IMG/VR virus record: IMGVR_UViG_3300024255_000005
From: an uncultured virus (IMG/VR IMGVR_UViG_3300024255_000005)
Taxonomy: Duplodnaviria; Heunggongvirae; Uroviricota; Caudoviricetes
DNA length: 64,000 nucleotides
Direction: 5' to 3' (one strand)
The notes under the pieces: model-generated
Database searches by the model: none
What the model was told of the DNA's origin: nothing
Seen by the model: only the letters and a program-made list of their open reading frames with translations
Program-made: the position numbers and the translations under genes
In this document: positions 47,701-59,395 of the stretch, one piece after another
Position numbering within the stretch: the first letter of the stretch is position 1
Layout of the letters: each line of letters begins with the position of its first letter

Positions 47701-49589
47701 AAATAAATGATTACAAATATTCAACGGTATTGTGTTATACAGATACACCTGCAGCTACAGAAGAACAAGAAACTGTAGTGTCAGAATCCAGAGCTGACTT
47801 TGAATTTATAAAAAATGATAAGTTTAAAACTATAACACTTCTAATACACTTAACAATACCTGAAAATGAAATTACTGAATTTGATAGATATCTTTCATAC
47901 ACATTAACAGATATTAAAGATGCTGAAACTGGAGAAATTATTGATTCCAGTGTTAGAGGTTTCTTAGAATTTGGAGGTCAGGGTTCAGCTGGCGCTTCTT
48001 CATGGGAAGAAGACACCAAGCTACTAACAGCTTCAATTGCGTCTGTCGGAAATAATCAACCTAAATTCACAGAAGATATATTTAAGATAGATGGAGAATA
48101 TGCATATTTAAAATTTAATATTCCAGGATATTCTGCTAGTCAACAATTTGGAATAAAAGTAGTATCAGTCGTAGATGATAATAACATTATTGTTTCAGGA
48201 ACGCCAGGTGCTGTTGTAACCAACGATGACGGATCTGTTTACTTATCATTTAATCTTAGCCCAACTGATGCTAGTAATATTCCAAACTCAATAGCTTTAT
48301 CATACGACAGAGGTGGTAGATCTGGGTGGGAAAATGTTTTAAAAGATGTAGTTGCCCCTGGAATGGCAGAGAGAATAAATAGTAATTCTAATATAACATA
48401 TACCACTATTTCAGAAGAAGGTGTTGAATCTACCGGGCTATATACAATAGAAATACAGGATGGTGTAGAATTTATTAAGACGTCTATACTTACTGCTGAA
48501 ACAGATGATGATAAACCTAAGGCATTTAAATTAAGTAATAACGAAATTGGCCATGACCTAGTTGCTAGGGAAGATGGTGGATATTATACAAATCTTAGAA
48601 GAATGAATGGAGAATATAACCCTTTATTTAGAAGTGTAATAGAATTTACAGCACCATATCGTAGTAAAAAATTAGAAGACTCTTTGCCGTCATTTGGAAG
48701 TCCTGAAGAAATGTATGAATTTGAGTGGGAACAATCTAAATATAATAATTTATCAGAGGTAAATTGTGTATTTGCATCTTATTTAAAAATAGACAATATG
48801 TTTGGAATTATACCTAATTTCTTTTATCACAAGGTTAATGAAGAAGGTAGTGATGTTTTAAAACTAAGTCAAGAAACAGATAAGCAACCACTATACCCCC
48901 TTATTGGTGAAATAGCTATAGATAAAAAGAATTTAAATCTATTTAATAGTAAATATGCTAAAGACTATTATACTAGATCTTATGAAGGAGGTAAAAATAT
49001 AAAAGTAAACGGAACATTAAGTCCGATTGAAGAGAGATCTTTCTTTGCTTCTACTATTATGAAAGTGAAAAACCAATACGACATAACGTCATATAATACT
49101 TCTAGGGTATTTAGCTTAAGAGATTTAGACGTAATAAGATATGACGAAAAAGAAAATACAAATACTGTATACATATTCGAAGATCGTAATAAAGTGTATA
49201 TGGATTTTTATATAGTTGAGTCGATTGTTAAAGAGCTTAAAGAAGATAATATAGTAGGACATTATGGAAAATATGTAAACGCTGTTAATTCCTACGGAGA
49301 TAAAACAACAATAGAAGATGACGTAAGCGTTTACGCAAAAGAAAATATTATTCCTAGATTTATTTTAGATGAAATTCTAGTTTATGGGTTTGAAACAGCT
49401 GGCGAAAAAGAATATTCAAAATTAAACAATGTGATGCATGTTGAAGATATTATGTCAGATGGCCATATACCTCTCACTAATTTTGAAATAAGTAGATTCT
49501 CAGAAAAGCCTTTAGATTTTAGATTAATATATAATAAAAAGCCTGGATATAACTATAGCTTTAGGGTCCATTCTAAAATAATTGCATAA
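44742..49589 (+). CDS. Very large putative virion structural protein
   Basis: 1615-aa ORF after a late motif. Confidence 0.55.
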   Translation: MAKIINTAAKNSLVKNKSFALLRTNPKLTSNIKLVADSLGDIYLSSIKASRTLSQVEFQKYPLSDFGQYNRDVALFYGKLPKDKRYQVGREHTDLAVSADFSSQYENLYNYGASFNYTKAYDEQYRMFAPIWLEDKVPSKFIIYRIEDVNFSKNYTEDADGQNSRIQEMLSKATIIKSFDLTNNSKLGAYLNSHIEDPLFPSSHLSFNFEIDEPTHFSGIDAMIGGFVNKMDYIDDDYIREDLPEILANNTITSSFERNGIISANVMNIEFLFDDEEASDYNIYRYFGIYADEHEEGSVLVENVNKFGVLNLIDDGSDSLAIIPNESESNLPILSWVKDNEDNYHHIKNSFESSNLSFGERFISTSFNGNADRFTSKKENDIETPFVSKTAFNGFMKFLLTQPPVHNDKIFLGDLLEISIERFNLGDFIFIADETMPIGTYSEGRYSCQGNTSQIASALAGAIRNGEIIPYSAQSYLNSIVIDDYSQGRNKYTTIFGINTSNPYTFLDMGDCILADSHFSKRYNEFVNEGGVVSGGLSIGDYSIYTMSGGCAIDQGIVVSSRDVGNINVGDYVKYDRKDKFTRIIEIIRDPLNSEEFRVIFEKPIKFSRSVFSTYNPYKTPFGKFSAYDFKDFDFDFYSTINSDVTHLEFESENYKEDESSFSVSSASSTEIISPNNALYSSTYVTNEWVIVIYGIHAAEFIKKGDFLKSAVDGEYVKVLNVKSYPANTAGYISDISTRLILSGEPNSEYTILSSDINNASEFIFIPGDENLDLFQFKKLANVIEDDSSEGDSSEIEITSEYDRLNENSLKETSINSRVVPTICKFALKEGTAMNSRNLPYILNANEAFGIDNLSADISIINDRDSDKLNMEHFLIWNIPSYLRDSNKIPYLRDYINPTDEKMSYSDVSSKLKDVDYDYFSAFLNFTGASDLNGDWIDAITKRLYTSFTSGDSLSFSSTVFKGLRYIYKERKEFSLNQPISFSASSEINDYKYSTVLCYTDTPAATEEQETVVSESRADFEFIKNDKFKTITLLIHLTIPENEITEFDRYLSYTLTDIKDAETGEIIDSSVRGFLEFGGQGSAGASSWEEDTKLLTASIASVGNNQPKFTEDIFKIDGEYAYLKFNIPGYSASQQFGIKVVSVVDDNNIIVSGTPGAVVTNDDGSVYLSFNLSPTDASNIPNSIALSYDRGGRSGWENVLKDVVAPGMAERINSNSNITYTTISEEGVESTGLYTIEIQDGVEFIKTSILTAETDDDKPKAFKLSNNEIGHDLVAREDGGYYTNLRRMNGEYNPLFRSVIEFTAPYRSKKLEDSLPSFGSPEEMYEFEWEQSKYNNLSEVNCVFASYLKIDNMFGIIPNFFYHKVNEEGSDVLKLSQETDKQPLYPLIGEIAIDKKNLNLFNSKYAKDYYTRSYEGGKNIKVNGTLSPIEERSFFASTIMKVKNQYDITSYNTSRVFSLRDLDVIRYDEKENTNTVYIFEDRNKVYMDFYIVESIVKELKEDNIVGHYGKYVNAVNSYGDKTTIEDDVSVYAKENIIPRFILDEILVYGFETAGEKEYSKLNNVMHVEDIMSDGHIPLTNFEISRFSEKPLDFRLIYNKKPGYNYSFRVHSKIIA

Positions 49590-49591
49590 TA

Positions 49592-52500
49592 ATGAATATA
49601 AGAATCAAAGAACTTTTTAAAAGCGATCTAGATCCAAACAGCAGTGAATGGTGGTCAAAGCATAAAATAGATAAAATTAATTATAATTTTAAGCTTCTTG
49701 CAAATGGAGGGCCTGCTGGTCCTACAGGGCTAGAAGGTGATAATGGAATAGACGGCGATAAAGGAGAAAGCGGTGAGATTGGATCGCAGGGTCCACAAGG
49801 TCCACAGGGAATAGAAGGCCCTCCAGTTGGAGGAAGATGGTTTCTTAATGGAGCTAGCACGCAATATCCTATATTATATCCAAAGGCTGACGAAACTCTC
49901 TATCAATCTGCAAATGTTAATCCTGTTGTAATTATAGGTGCAAGTGCACATGTAGATAGTGCAACTGAAGAGTATTTAAGTCCATATTATAATGATCAAA
50001 ATTTTGCAAACGCACCATCTTCCAAGGCACAATTAACAGTAATAACTAATTCAAGATTTTCAAACGGACAATATGCAATACAATCTAGTGAATCTCAACT
50101 TGATTCTATTAAATTAACGATGACACCTCCTCCAGGATCTCCGACATGGGATCCTTTCTGGGAATATAGATCTTTTAGAATATCGTTACAACAGAATGTA
50201 GACCCGGCTAATGGTGATCCACCAACAAATTCTACTTTATTTATAGGAGCCGATGATAATGCTGCGGCATTTTCGGCATCAACACCAGCGCCAGCTCAAC
50301 CATGGGGAGAATACAATATTAATCACAGATCTACATTTACTAACATAGAATCATATACTAGTTCTGGAAGTAATGTAATCCAAACAATTGGAACTCTTTC
50401 TAACTTTGAAGAAAAAATAAAAGTAGAAAGTAATGGTCAAGAAATAAAATTTACAGTAGGTAATATAAAATATGATGTACTCGCTAATACTAATAATGTA
50501 TTAATCTCTGCAGATACGGAAGGAACTGTTAGCTGGATTAATCCAGGAATTGTATTTAATTCAATGCCGATTGGTAGTATAACAAAGATACCCGTTGACA
50601 CATTTAATCAAAACTTTTACTTAAACGACTCTATTACCTCTTATATAGGTTATAATAACGGTGCACATAATTTCTCATCTAACTTTGGGGCAGGATATGG
50701 AATGTATTCGGGATGGTATTTATGTCACGGCCAAGCATGGGGAGATGGAGGTGGTATATCGTATGCTACTCCGGATATTATGACATTTGAATATAATATT
50801 TCCGGAATCTCCCCAGATGGAACAGATAACATCAATAATGGTTTATTTTTAAACCAGCAGCATGTATTACTAGGTGGTCTTTATGGAGCTGGAATGGGAG
50901 CTGGTATATCGGGTAATGTAATTAATGGTTATCCTAATGCTAATCCAAATTACGTATATCTTCTTCAAAGTAGTTCAGTTGATGAAAACCATAACATGTA
51001 TGATAAAATGGGTGATCAAGTTTCTATAATTAGACTTGGGAGCGTCGGGTATGAATGGGGTAATGATAATTCTGGAATAACTTTAAATGGAGTAAGTGCG
51101 TCTTGGCATCCAATAGAAAATAGCAATTATGGCACTTCGGGTTCAAATGATATCTCAGCCCTTTACGCTGCTACTAAAGCCGCTGATTCTCTACAATGGA
51201 CCGGAGGACAAAGTGGTCAATCAATTTCACAAGAATGGGGTGGAAGCTCAAATGTTGGAGAAAGATTTTACAAAAATGGAATAGAGCTACAGGATTGTTA
51301 TATTCACATCGATGGACAATCTAAAAAATATATTTACGGACAAGGAATCACAAGCGGAGATAATATTTATGCCAATCCTCAAAATAAATATTTTGCATAC
51401 GGAGAATCTATAAAAGACGTAGAAGGAGACAAGGATTATATGTTTGGAAAGTCTGCCGGTAATAGTAACAATCAATCTGGAGACCCTGTGACAGAACAAA
51501 CTATTATTGATGCGATAAATAATGGAGGTATTGCTTCCGGAAGAGATGTCGCTTCAAACGCCACTATAACAGAATATTATTGTTCATTTAATTATGATAA
51601 TCACCCGGCTTCAACGAGCCAAAATACGTGGGAATGGTATGATGATTATGCCACTCATATATGGAAAGTAGATAGCGATAATCAAATAGTTAAACCGGTA
51701 CAGGGATGGTACAGATCAATAGCATATACAGATGCATTTACATACGATGGAGATCCTTATACGGGAAATTCATATTACCCTACACTATCTAAATATTGGG
51801 GTGGACCATCCGAGAATGGATTCTTAGGAGAAACTCTACACGGTAACTTTCATGGTTGGTCTACTAAATTTACATTAGCATCAGGACCCGGAGCATCAAC
51901 CGCAGTATGTGATGGTATTAATAAACATGTATGTTTCTTTAGTGGAGATTACCCTACATCAGCGACAGAAAGATTTAATTTTAATAATGACTTTACATCT
52001 AATAATAATAAAACTGATTTAGATAATGATGTTCGAGGTCATCTTGGAGAAAACGTAAAAATTTACGTTCCATTAGGACAATCTCCTATCGTAGGTTTAA
52101 GCTCTGTTCAGGATTTAGGAAAATATCCATTACAGAAGGTATTAGATAACACATCATCACCTAACATGACAAATGCCTTTCCTTTAATAGGAGAAGGGCA
52201 GAAACAAGATTCAGTATATTGGAACATAGGCACAGACTCAGGTTTCACTGGCATGCCAGAAAGTTGTGGCGGTACTCCTCCACCACCTTCAGGATCAATA
52301 TACTATAATAGCGATAATCTCTCACCTTCATCGTATCCAGCAATAGGTGATCAGGCCGGAAATGCAGTTTGGACGCACGGTAAAATAGTCAATAACTTTA
52401 GTAATACAATATACTTATTCCTTAAAATACAGGATCCAGATGCTAGAGGATATAAATTTGAACTTATTAAAGGTATTAATGGTTTCAGCACCTTATGTGT

Positions 52501-52765
52501 TTCGGATAACCCAGCTGGCACTTGGATATTCACGGGCGGTGGGTCATGTTTACAGGCACTTGGCACCGGATCCACATGGTGGCTGCCTATTAGTAGTATT
52601 CCTGGAAATACAAGCCTTAGCGATAATTGGGAGTTTGAGCTTAAGTTTATTCAATCATGGCAATCGACCGGACAACAGGGAATAAATGGAAGCAACGTTA
52701 ACGTAGAATTGTATTATGACGAAGATATGACCGGGGATAGCCCAACAATAATGCCGATAGACTAA
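49592..52765 (+). CDS. Tail fibre protein with a short collagen segment and tail-collar-like domain
   Basis: [13 protein letters not shown]...GPQGPQG; PIGSI...GWYLCHGQ...TPDI. Confidence 0.75.
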   Translation: MNIRIKELFKSDLDPNSSEWWSKHKIDKINYNFKLLANGGPAGPTGLEGDNGIDGDKGESGEIGSQGPQGPQGIEGPPVGGRWFLNGASTQYPILYPKADETLYQSANVNPVVIIGASAHVDSATEEYLSPYYNDQNFANAPSSKAQLTVITNSRFSNGQYAIQSSESQLDSIKLTMTPPPGSPTWDPFWEYRSFRISLQQNVDPANGDPPTNSTLFIGADDNAAAFSASTPAPAQPWGEYNINHRSTFTNIESYTSSGSNVIQTIGTLSNFEEKIKVESNGQEIKFTVGNIKYDVLANTNNVLISADTEGTVSWINPGIVFNSMPIGSITKIPVDTFNQNFYLNDSITSYIGYNNGAHNFSSNFGAGYGMYSGWYLCHGQAWGDGGGISYATPDIMTFEYNISGISPDGTDNINNGLFLNQQHVLLGGLYGAGMGAGISGNVINGYPNANPNYVYLLQSSSVDENHNMYDKMGDQVSIIRLGSVGYEWGNDNSGITLNGVSASWHPIENSNYGTSGSNDISALYAATKAADSLQWTGGQSGQSISQEWGGSSNVGERFYKNGIELQDCYIHIDGQSKKYIYGQGITSGDNIYANPQNKYFAYGESIKDVEGDKDYMFGKSAGNSNNQSGDPVTEQTIIDAINNGGIASGRDVASNATITEYYCSFNYDNHPASTSQNTWEWYDDYATHIWKVDSDNQIVKPVQGWYRSIAYTDAFTYDGDPYTGNSYYPTLSKYWGGPSENGFLGETLHGNFHGWSTKFTLASGPGASTAVCDGINKHVCFFSGDYPTSATERFNFNNDFTSNNNKTDLDNDVRGHLGENVKIYVPLGQSPIVGLSSVQDLGKYPLQKVLDNTSSPNMTNAFPLIGEGQKQDSVYWNIGTDSGFTGMPESCGGTPPPPSGSIYYNSDNLSPSSYPAIGDQAGNAVWTHGKIVNNFSNTIYLFLKIQDPDARGYKFELIKGINGFSTLCVSDNPAGTWIFTGGGSCLQALGTGSTWWLPISSIPGNTSLSDNWEFELKFIQSWQSTGQQGINGSNVNVELYYDEDMTGDSPTIMPID

Positions 52766-52778
52766 AGAAATAAATTAA

Positions 52779-52786
52779 GATATATA
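52779..52786 (+). promoter_or_regulatory. Putative late promoter GATATATA
   Basis: Recurrent motif. Confidence 0.6.
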
Positions 52787-52809
52787 CTAAATAAATAAAG
52801 ATTTAAGTA

Positions 52810-55800
52810 ATGCCTATACCAAATTTAAAACAGATATTAGAATCTGATTCGCAACAGGAAAGACTTGATAAAATTAATTATAATTTTGATCAATTAGTTG
52901 CCAATGGAGGTGGTCCAATGGGATCTACTGGTCCAATTGGTGAAACTGGGATGCAAGGTGTAGCTGGTGATCAAGGCCCTCAAGGTGCGGGTGGTGATCA
53001 AGGTACACAAGGACCTATTAACACATCTGTTTCTAATTTCTGGAAAGATGGTGCAGTGTATCAAACATCAGGCTTAAATATACAAACAATAGTTCCAGTC
53101 GATACTATTAGCAGTACACAGAATGATCATTCACCTACAGTATTATTAGGATTTACAACCGATTATCCAGAATATGGTGATATTCAAAATTCTAGTTCTC
53201 CTATATATAGAGCACAGTTAGTAGTAAATAAAAACGACCAATATGTAGATTCTAATATTAGATTAGTTTCTAATAATTCACAAGGAATATATGCTGATTT
53301 TGATTTAACAACAGATACTTACTTTGATGCAAGCTATGGTAATTCACTAAATAGACATAATTTAAATATTGGGTTTAATGAAACTGTAGGTGTTCAAAAG
53401 AATATAAACTATAGAGCTGATTCTTTTAAATTTAAAGATTTAAGCGATAATGATTTATTAACAATGGACGCTAATAATGGTGCATTGTTTACAGGTAATT
53501 TTGTTTCTACAGGAAATGCTCATTTTGTCGGATCAATATTTAAAATAGATATAGGTCCTAGTGCTACTCCATTAACTGATCCTGCTCCCGGTAAAATAGC
53601 GGTTTCTCTAGATAATGATGGTACGATAGGTTTTAAATCACCTGAAGAAATTGGAGCAGGAATACCAATAGGAACAATAATATCATTCTTACCTTCTATT
53701 TACGAAGATACAAATAACTTTATACAGTCTCAGAACATTCAAACATATATTGATAGTGGAACAAATCCGGATAATATAGAGATAGAAATTGGAGCAGGAA
53801 TTGCAGGTACTGAATATGAAGGATGGTATCTCTGTAATGGTGAAACATGGGTAGGTCAAAACGGAGAATCGTATACGGTTCCAAATTTAAATTCATTTAA
53901 TTATAGTATAACAACACCTGATGGTAATACTACTTCAGGACCGGTTGCTCTTAATGTATTAGGAGGAAGTTATGCAACAATGAATCAAAGTGGAAGTACT
54001 CTTACAGATACTTATGTAACAGGCGATGAAATTGTCGGAATGGCAGATCCAGGTGATATACCCACAGATCATATAGCTTATAAAATTGTTAGAACTCCAC
54101 AACTTATTTATTTAGGTCTACCTGGATTCTATTTTAAAGCAGCAGGAGCTCCACCTGCAACAATAAATTTCTTTAATGCCAACAAAGACGATATTTTAAG
54201 TGCAGGCGGTAATAATCCAGAAAGCGGAAGTCCAAATATTTGGCAAAAGCCATCTATGGCCCCGGTTAATGGATTATATGAGTTTGCAATGGAGCAAGTG
54301 AGAATGGATCAGCTGACAGGAGTTATATCAGATGAAGAAATAACTAAAGTTTTAAGGTATAGAATTGCATCTGTGAAAATACTAGACGAAAGCGAAAGTA
54401 GTTTTACTACTAGTGATGGAATAGGGACATATTCCCTACAATATGGTCAAGATGCAATTGTAAGTATTCAAATAAAAGGAAAAGCCTGGTACAATTCAGG
54501 TAGTGATAACGATAGCGGTAACAATGTGGCACAGTCATATACATCACTAGATCATTATTCATGGTTTGTTAATTGGAACGAATATAGATTACCAAATCCG
54601 GCACAGCCAACATCGTCTCCGTATGCAATACCATCTCCTGCGTTTGTTACAGGAACATGGAATGATAGGGGTACATTCAGTAATACTGCTACCTATGTAG
54701 CAGGTGATGTATTCTATTATACGGATAATGCAGGTTACACTGATCCTGATGTTAATCGCACTGGTTCATGGTATACTATAAATCCTATGTTAACAAGCGT
54801 TTCAACTGGAAGCGTTACCGACATATATGGAAACACAGTAATTCCTTCTGCCGCATATTCAACACCACAAGATCCGGGTATTACATCTATCTCCTCATGG
54901 GAAGGTATTAGTGACCTTCAAGCTGTAGAAAATTATTTCGTAAGGTTACCTGATTCTACTGAAACACAGTACAATTATGATAATTTTACAGGTTACCCTC
55001 CTTTCGGAAATGTATCAACTCCAAATTATCCTAACCCAAATGGAGGAGGAATGTTCCCGGGACTTTTTGAAGGAGCGTATGATTCAGATAGAACTGGTAA
55101 TTCACTGTCTGATGATGAATGGTATGATAGTGAATCATTGGCTTTAAGAACTTATCCTCCAGCTATGACACTTTCTACAGGAGATTCATTAGTTAGTCGT
55201 AAAGGAATATTTACTCAACCTATGCAGGTAGCAATAGATCCTGTTACAAATAATGGTGAATCGGCAGCAGATCAAATTTTATTACCTGTGATAACCACAT
55301 GTAACTTGGCGCAAATACAGGCACAATATCCTGATTTAGGTATTACGGCAAATGACGTAGTACAGTATTTAGATCCATATACATACGATGAAACAGATGA
55401 TCATTGGAGAGCTGTACACTATTTTGCACAAAGTAATCTTAACGGAACTACGGTTGAGAATGGACCATATAAATATGGATTTAAATTCGGAAGTGGTCTT
55501 GCACAAAGAGCAGCACTACAAGGAGGATATAGCGTACAAGTAGGCACTTCAAACGCAACATCTAGTGATTATATCGATGTTTTTGCGTGGAGATACGGTC
55601 AAAATGATACTATGTTTAGAAGATATAAGACAGTTGAATTTAAAGTTATTTTAGATTCGTCAGTGGTTGATCAAATTTTAAATTATCACAATGCAAACCC
55701 AGGAGAAGATATTGCTTTTTTATTAGGGCACTTTTTCATGAATGATGGAGATGAATTTACTACTAGTAATAATGCTTCGGACTGGGCCATACAGCCACCT

Positions 55801-55890
55801 GGTAACGTACAACCTCTTGGAGGAAATAATAAAAAATCTTTCGGTAGCACTAACGAACAAGGCACCGGAACCGGAACCTATGGTGGATAA
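52810..55890 (+). CDS. Tail fibre protein, paralogue of 49592..52765
   Basis: DKINYNF...GPMGSTGPIG collagen segment; PIGTII...GWYLCNGE...VPNL. Confidence 0.75.
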   Translation: MPIPNLKQILESDSQQERLDKINYNFDQLVANGGGPMGSTGPIGETGMQGVAGDQGPQGAGGDQGTQGPINTSVSNFWKDGAVYQTSGLNIQTIVPVDTISSTQNDHSPTVLLGFTTDYPEYGDIQNSSSPIYRAQLVVNKNDQYVDSNIRLVSNNSQGIYADFDLTTDTYFDASYGNSLNRHNLNIGFNETVGVQKNINYRADSFKFKDLSDNDLLTMDANNGALFTGNFVSTGNAHFVGSIFKIDIGPSATPLTDPAPGKIAVSLDNDGTIGFKSPEEIGAGIPIGTIISFLPSIYEDTNNFIQSQNIQTYIDSGTNPDNIEIEIGAGIAGTEYEGWYLCNGETWVGQNGESYTVPNLNSFNYSITTPDGNTTSGPVALNVLGGSYATMNQSGSTLTDTYVTGDEIVGMADPGDIPTDHIAYKIVRTPQLIYLGLPGFYFKAAGAPPATINFFNANKDDILSAGGNNPESGSPNIWQKPSMAPVNGLYEFAMEQVRMDQLTGVISDEEITKVLRYRIASVKILDESESSFTTSDGIGTYSLQYGQDAIVSIQIKGKAWYNSGSDNDSGNNVAQSYTSLDHYSWFVNWNEYRLPNPAQPTSSPYAIPSPAFVTGTWNDRGTFSNTATYVAGDVFYYTDNAGYTDPDVNRTGSWYTINPMLTSVSTGSVTDIYGNTVIPSAAYSTPQDPGITSISSWEGISDLQAVENYFVRLPDSTETQYNYDNFTGYPPFGNVSTPNYPNPNGGGMFPGLFEGAYDSDRTGNSLSDDEWYDSESLALRTYPPAMTLSTGDSLVSRKGIFTQPMQVAIDPVTNNGESAADQILLPVITTCNLAQIQAQYPDLGITANDVVQYLDPYTYDETDDHWRAVHYFAQSNLNGTTVENGPYKYGFKFGSGLAQRAALQGGYSVQVGTSNATSSDYIDVFAWRYGQNDTMFRRYKTVEFKVILDSSVVDQILNYHNANPGEDIAFLLGHFFMNDGDEFTTSNNASDWAIQPPGNVQPLGGNNKKSFGSTNEQGTGTGTYGG

Positions 55891-55906
55891 AATTTAGATT
55901 TAATAT

Positions 55907-56728
55907 ATGAATATACCGAACACATATAAACTTTACAAAAACGCATTTCTTTTCGGAGGAATTGCGATTTTGGTGTTCTGTCTTTTACAACAATGTAATT
56001 CTAATCAAAATTTAAAAAGAGAGATAGTTCAGGTTCAGCAGGTTTCAGATAGAAATCTTAATAATTATAAAGCGACCCAAGATACTATTATAATTGAAAA
56101 GAATAAAAATAAAGAATTGGTTTCTAGTATAAGATCGTTTGAGTATGATGTAAATACTCTAACTGAAAGCAACAAAAAACTAGTTTCTAAATATGCTAAT
56201 CAATTAAATATTAATAACGAATTAGAGAATGTTAATAGCTTACTTTCAACAACTCTAAACGTAAAAGATTCTATAATAAATGCGAATGGAGTTGTAACCG
56301 TTGATACGGATTCTATAAATAATATAGATACAATAACAGTTGACGTAAACGATAAGTGGGAGTTTGATAAATATAACTGGAGAAGATTTCAAGGAAGTAT
56401 ATCTCTTTTAAAGGATAGCACTAATTATAATTTATTCTCTTCTAGATTTGATATTATACAGGGAATAGGTTTAAGTGCTGCCATCATTAATGAAGAAGGA
56501 TTTGACAGACTTAAAATTACAACTCCATATAAAGGAGTAACGTTCACTAATATAGAAAATATAAACTTAGTTAACGATAGATTAAATAATAAATATGAGA
56601 AAAAAGCAGGGTGGTCTATTGGTGTTGGATTTCAATATGGAATTAATTTGAATAATAATCAAGTCATAAGCACTGGTCCATCAATTGGTATAGGAGTATA
56701 CTGGTCCCCTAAATTTCTTAGATTTTAA
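55907..56728 (+). CDS. Membrane-anchored coiled-coil protein (possible spanin-like lysis protein)
   Basis: N-terminal TM segment ending LLQQC, a coiled coil, and a C-terminal beta-hairpin (WSIGVGFQYG...GIGVYW). Confidence 0.45.
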   Translation: MNIPNTYKLYKNAFLFGGIAILVFCLLQQCNSNQNLKREIVQVQQVSDRNLNNYKATQDTIIIEKNKNKELVSSIRSFEYDVNTLTESNKKLVSKYANQLNINNELENVNSLLSTTLNVKDSIINANGVVTVDTDSINNIDTITVDVNDKWEFDKYNWRRFQGSISLLKDSTNYNLFSSRFDIIQGIGLSAAIINEEGFDRLKITTPYKGVTFTNIENINLVNDRLNNKYEKKAGWSIGVGFQYGINLNNNQVISTGPSIGIGVYWSPKFLRF

Positions 56729-56743
56729 AATAATAAATAAACA

Positions 56744-58801
56744 ATGGCACAATCATCCAAATTCTTAAGACTAGATGACGACATTCTAATGGAGTTCATG
56801 TATCATGATCAAAATGTTGATTATGTAGATGACGCTAAGATAGAAAACGACGACAACGGAAGTCAATTTAAATTTTTAAACACAGAGGCATCTAATGATT
56901 CAGCCTCTAGATTCTTGATTCATGAATTAGGAGCAGACGTTGTTAACTTTAGTGTAAAGATACAAGATGGTTATGTTTTTATTAATGACTTTGCATCTAG
57001 ACAATTAGTTCTTAAAAACGGCAAAACTTATAAATTTAACTTATCAGATTCTTCAATAGACAATATAGCCGGATTCACAATAAACGGTTCAACTACCCAA
57101 TTAATTGGTAACACATACACATATACCCCAGGAACTAATGGAAGATTTGAATATTCATATGAAAATCTAGCTGGAGATACATTTAAGGGTGGAGAAATAA
57201 ATGTAGGAAATAGGGCTAATCCTTTATTTGCAGAACCAGAGCAAGAAACTGGAAATAGTATTAAAACTGCGACTGGTGAAGTTGGAAGATATTATGGGGT
57301 TCCTTCAAACAGTGATGGTAAATGGGCTTTACTTAAAAATGATTTAGCGTATTTAGATAGTTCATCATGGAATGGAACAGACTCTTCTCTTGCAAATGTA
57401 GATGATAACATAGTAGGTGACGTATGGTATGATACAATTAGATTACACTTGAAAACTGGATTTTCTTTTGCTGCAAGAGGTAAGGAAGGTTTTATGTTTC
57501 AGGTTAAAGCTAAAAGAGAATCTGGAGTTTATAACTATTTTACGTCAATAGTTTATTTAAATCATTCTAATTTTGAAATAAGTAATCCTAATTCATTCGT
57601 ATTAGGTGATACTTCATATTCTAAATACATACAAATTAAAGTTCCTTCTTTGATTTATTTTGATGTTTCAACTAAAAATAAAGATTTTCACGATGCATTC
57701 TTTGGAGAAAACGAAGATGCAATATTAGATTCTACTAACTATGAAATAAGTTTAAAATTAATAAATACTTTAACTGAAGAAGGAGATATAGAATATATCA
57801 ACGTTGAAGATACAATCGACGTTACTGTTTCTAAAGAAGATGAATACTTAGATATTGCAGCTAATATAGAAGAAGTAGAAGACATGGATTATTTTCAAGT
57901 GTATGGAACTAAAGACGGCTCTAGACAAGGTTTTGAAAATTACATTAACGGAAGAATACAAACTTCAAGCGATGACATTATAATATTTCATGATATAGAA
58001 GTCAGTGAACAAATAGGTTTAGATTTTTTAGATACTTCATCTATGACATTTACCCAGACTGCAAATTATGAAGCACCAATCCCATTTAGACCTATCATAT
58101 TTAATTCTAGTATAGCAAGCTCTTTCTATATTAGACATACTATGAGAATTTATAACGAAACCGATAATACTCAAATTATTAAAGTCGCAACTATGACTTC
58201 TTATAATACTAAAAAGTATGGAACTAGAATGGAAAAGATTAATCTAAGAAATGTAGATCCTACTGTTATCTATAATAAGCTACCTAATACTACGGTAAAT
58301 AGAGAATTAAATCAATTTGTTAATTCAATTAGACCAAGCGTTGGAGAAACTAAATATGTTCCAGTTGCGTTAGACACCTATGGGATATTAGCATCCGCTA
58401 CAAATGTTACAACAGATTTAACAGAATCTGAAGAATTAGATAACATTGAGTTTTTTGAAGAAGGTAAGGCTACTATATCATTGTCTAAGGTATCTGATAA
58501 CTTTGTAAAATTCAATATTGCACAACCTTCCGGAGACGATAAAAAAGCAGTTTCATTAGTAAGCGCAGAAAATATAGTATTAATAATTAAAAGTGGTGCG
58601 GTTGAACAGAGAGTGGTACATGATCCATCATTTCCTAACATAGATCTAGGATTAGGAGAAGTGTTTTTTAAAATACCTAAAACAACAGCTGTCAGATTCG
58701 ATAAAACCGATACAAATAAATTTGAAGACAAATTCTATATTAATATAAAGAATGGAGAAACAGAGTCTTTATTGTATCATGGAAAAGTAGAAATAATATA
58801 A
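56744..58801 (+). CDS. Putative virion structural protein
   Basis: Long ORF in the structural module. Confidence 0.5.
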   Translation: MAQSSKFLRLDDDILMEFMYHDQNVDYVDDAKIENDDNGSQFKFLNTEASNDSASRFLIHELGADVVNFSVKIQDGYVFINDFASRQLVLKNGKTYKFNLSDSSIDNIAGFTINGSTTQLIGNTYTYTPGTNGRFEYSYENLAGDTFKGGEINVGNRANPLFAEPEQETGNSIKTATGEVGRYYGVPSNSDGKWALLKNDLAYLDSSSWNGTDSSLANVDDNIVGDVWYDTIRLHLKTGFSFAARGKEGFMFQVKAKRESGVYNYFTSIVYLNHSNFEISNPNSFVLGDTSYSKYIQIKVPSLIYFDVSTKNKDFHDAFFGENEDAILDSTNYEISLKLINTLTEEGDIEYINVEDTIDVTVSKEDEYLDIAANIEEVEDMDYFQVYGTKDGSRQGFENYINGRIQTSSDDIIIFHDIEVSEQIGLDFLDTSSMTFTQTANYEAPIPFRPIIFNSSIASSFYIRHTMRIYNETDNTQIIKVATMTSYNTKKYGTRMEKINLRNVDPTVIYNKLPNTTVNRELNQFVNSIRPSVGETKYVPVALDTYGILASATNVTTDLTESEELDNIEFFEEGKATISLSKVSDNFVKFNIAQPSGDDKKAVSLVSAENIVLIIKSGAVEQRVVHDPSFPNIDLGLGEVFFKIPKTTAVRFDKTDTNKFEDKFYINIKNGETESLLYHGKVEII

Positions 58802-59358
58802 TGATATTAAATAGTAGAAATAATTTATTTAACTTTAAGTTTCCTAGAACCTTTATTCCAAAGGAAGTAGTAGACAAGTACAGGCCTTATTTAAATAGAA
58901 TACCAGGTAATATCCTAGAAGAACCTATTGATTTTATCAATTATTCTATACAGGGCTTAAGTATGCCAGGTATTAATTTTGATCCAATATCACAATCACC
59001 TAATGACGGAACTATCACATATCACAGAGGATCTATTCCTATACAGAATACTATTGAAAGGCAATTTTCTATAGAACTCCAATTATTAGATGGATATGTT
59101 AATTATTTTATAATGCAAGATACTTTATTGTATTATTATTCAAAACACGTCAGAGAACCATTTATTAACGATCTTAAACTTCAAATAATGGATTCTGAAG
59201 GTATACATTTAATGAGTGCAGTTTTCGAAAAACCCATTCTTAATTCAATATCAGAGTTAGAATTAAATATGTCAAGCAATGTCGCGGAGTTTTCTACATT
59301 CACTCTTAATTTTTATTATAATAAGTTTAATATAACTCCTGAAATAGACAATAAATAA
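58801..59358 (+). CDS. Tail tube/terminator-fold protein (gp19/gp3-like)
   Basis: IQGLSMPGI...ISELELN....FSTFTLNFYYNKF pattern and size. Confidence 0.55.
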   Translation: MILNSRNNLFNFKFPRTFIPKEVVDKYRPYLNRIPGNILEEPIDFINYSIQGLSMPGINFDPISQSPNDGTITYHRGSIPIQNTIERQFSIELQLLDGYVNYFIMQDTLLYYYSKHVREPFINDLKLQIMDSEGIHLMSAVFEKPILNSISELELNMSSNVAEFSTFTLNFYYNKFNITPEIDNK

Positions 59359-59362
59359 ACGA

Positions 59363-59370
59363 GATATATA
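59363..59370 (+). promoter_or_regulatory. Putative late promoter GATATATA
   Basis: Recurrent motif. Confidence 0.6.
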
Positions 59371-59395
59371 ATCCATAACAATATAGACAATTATA

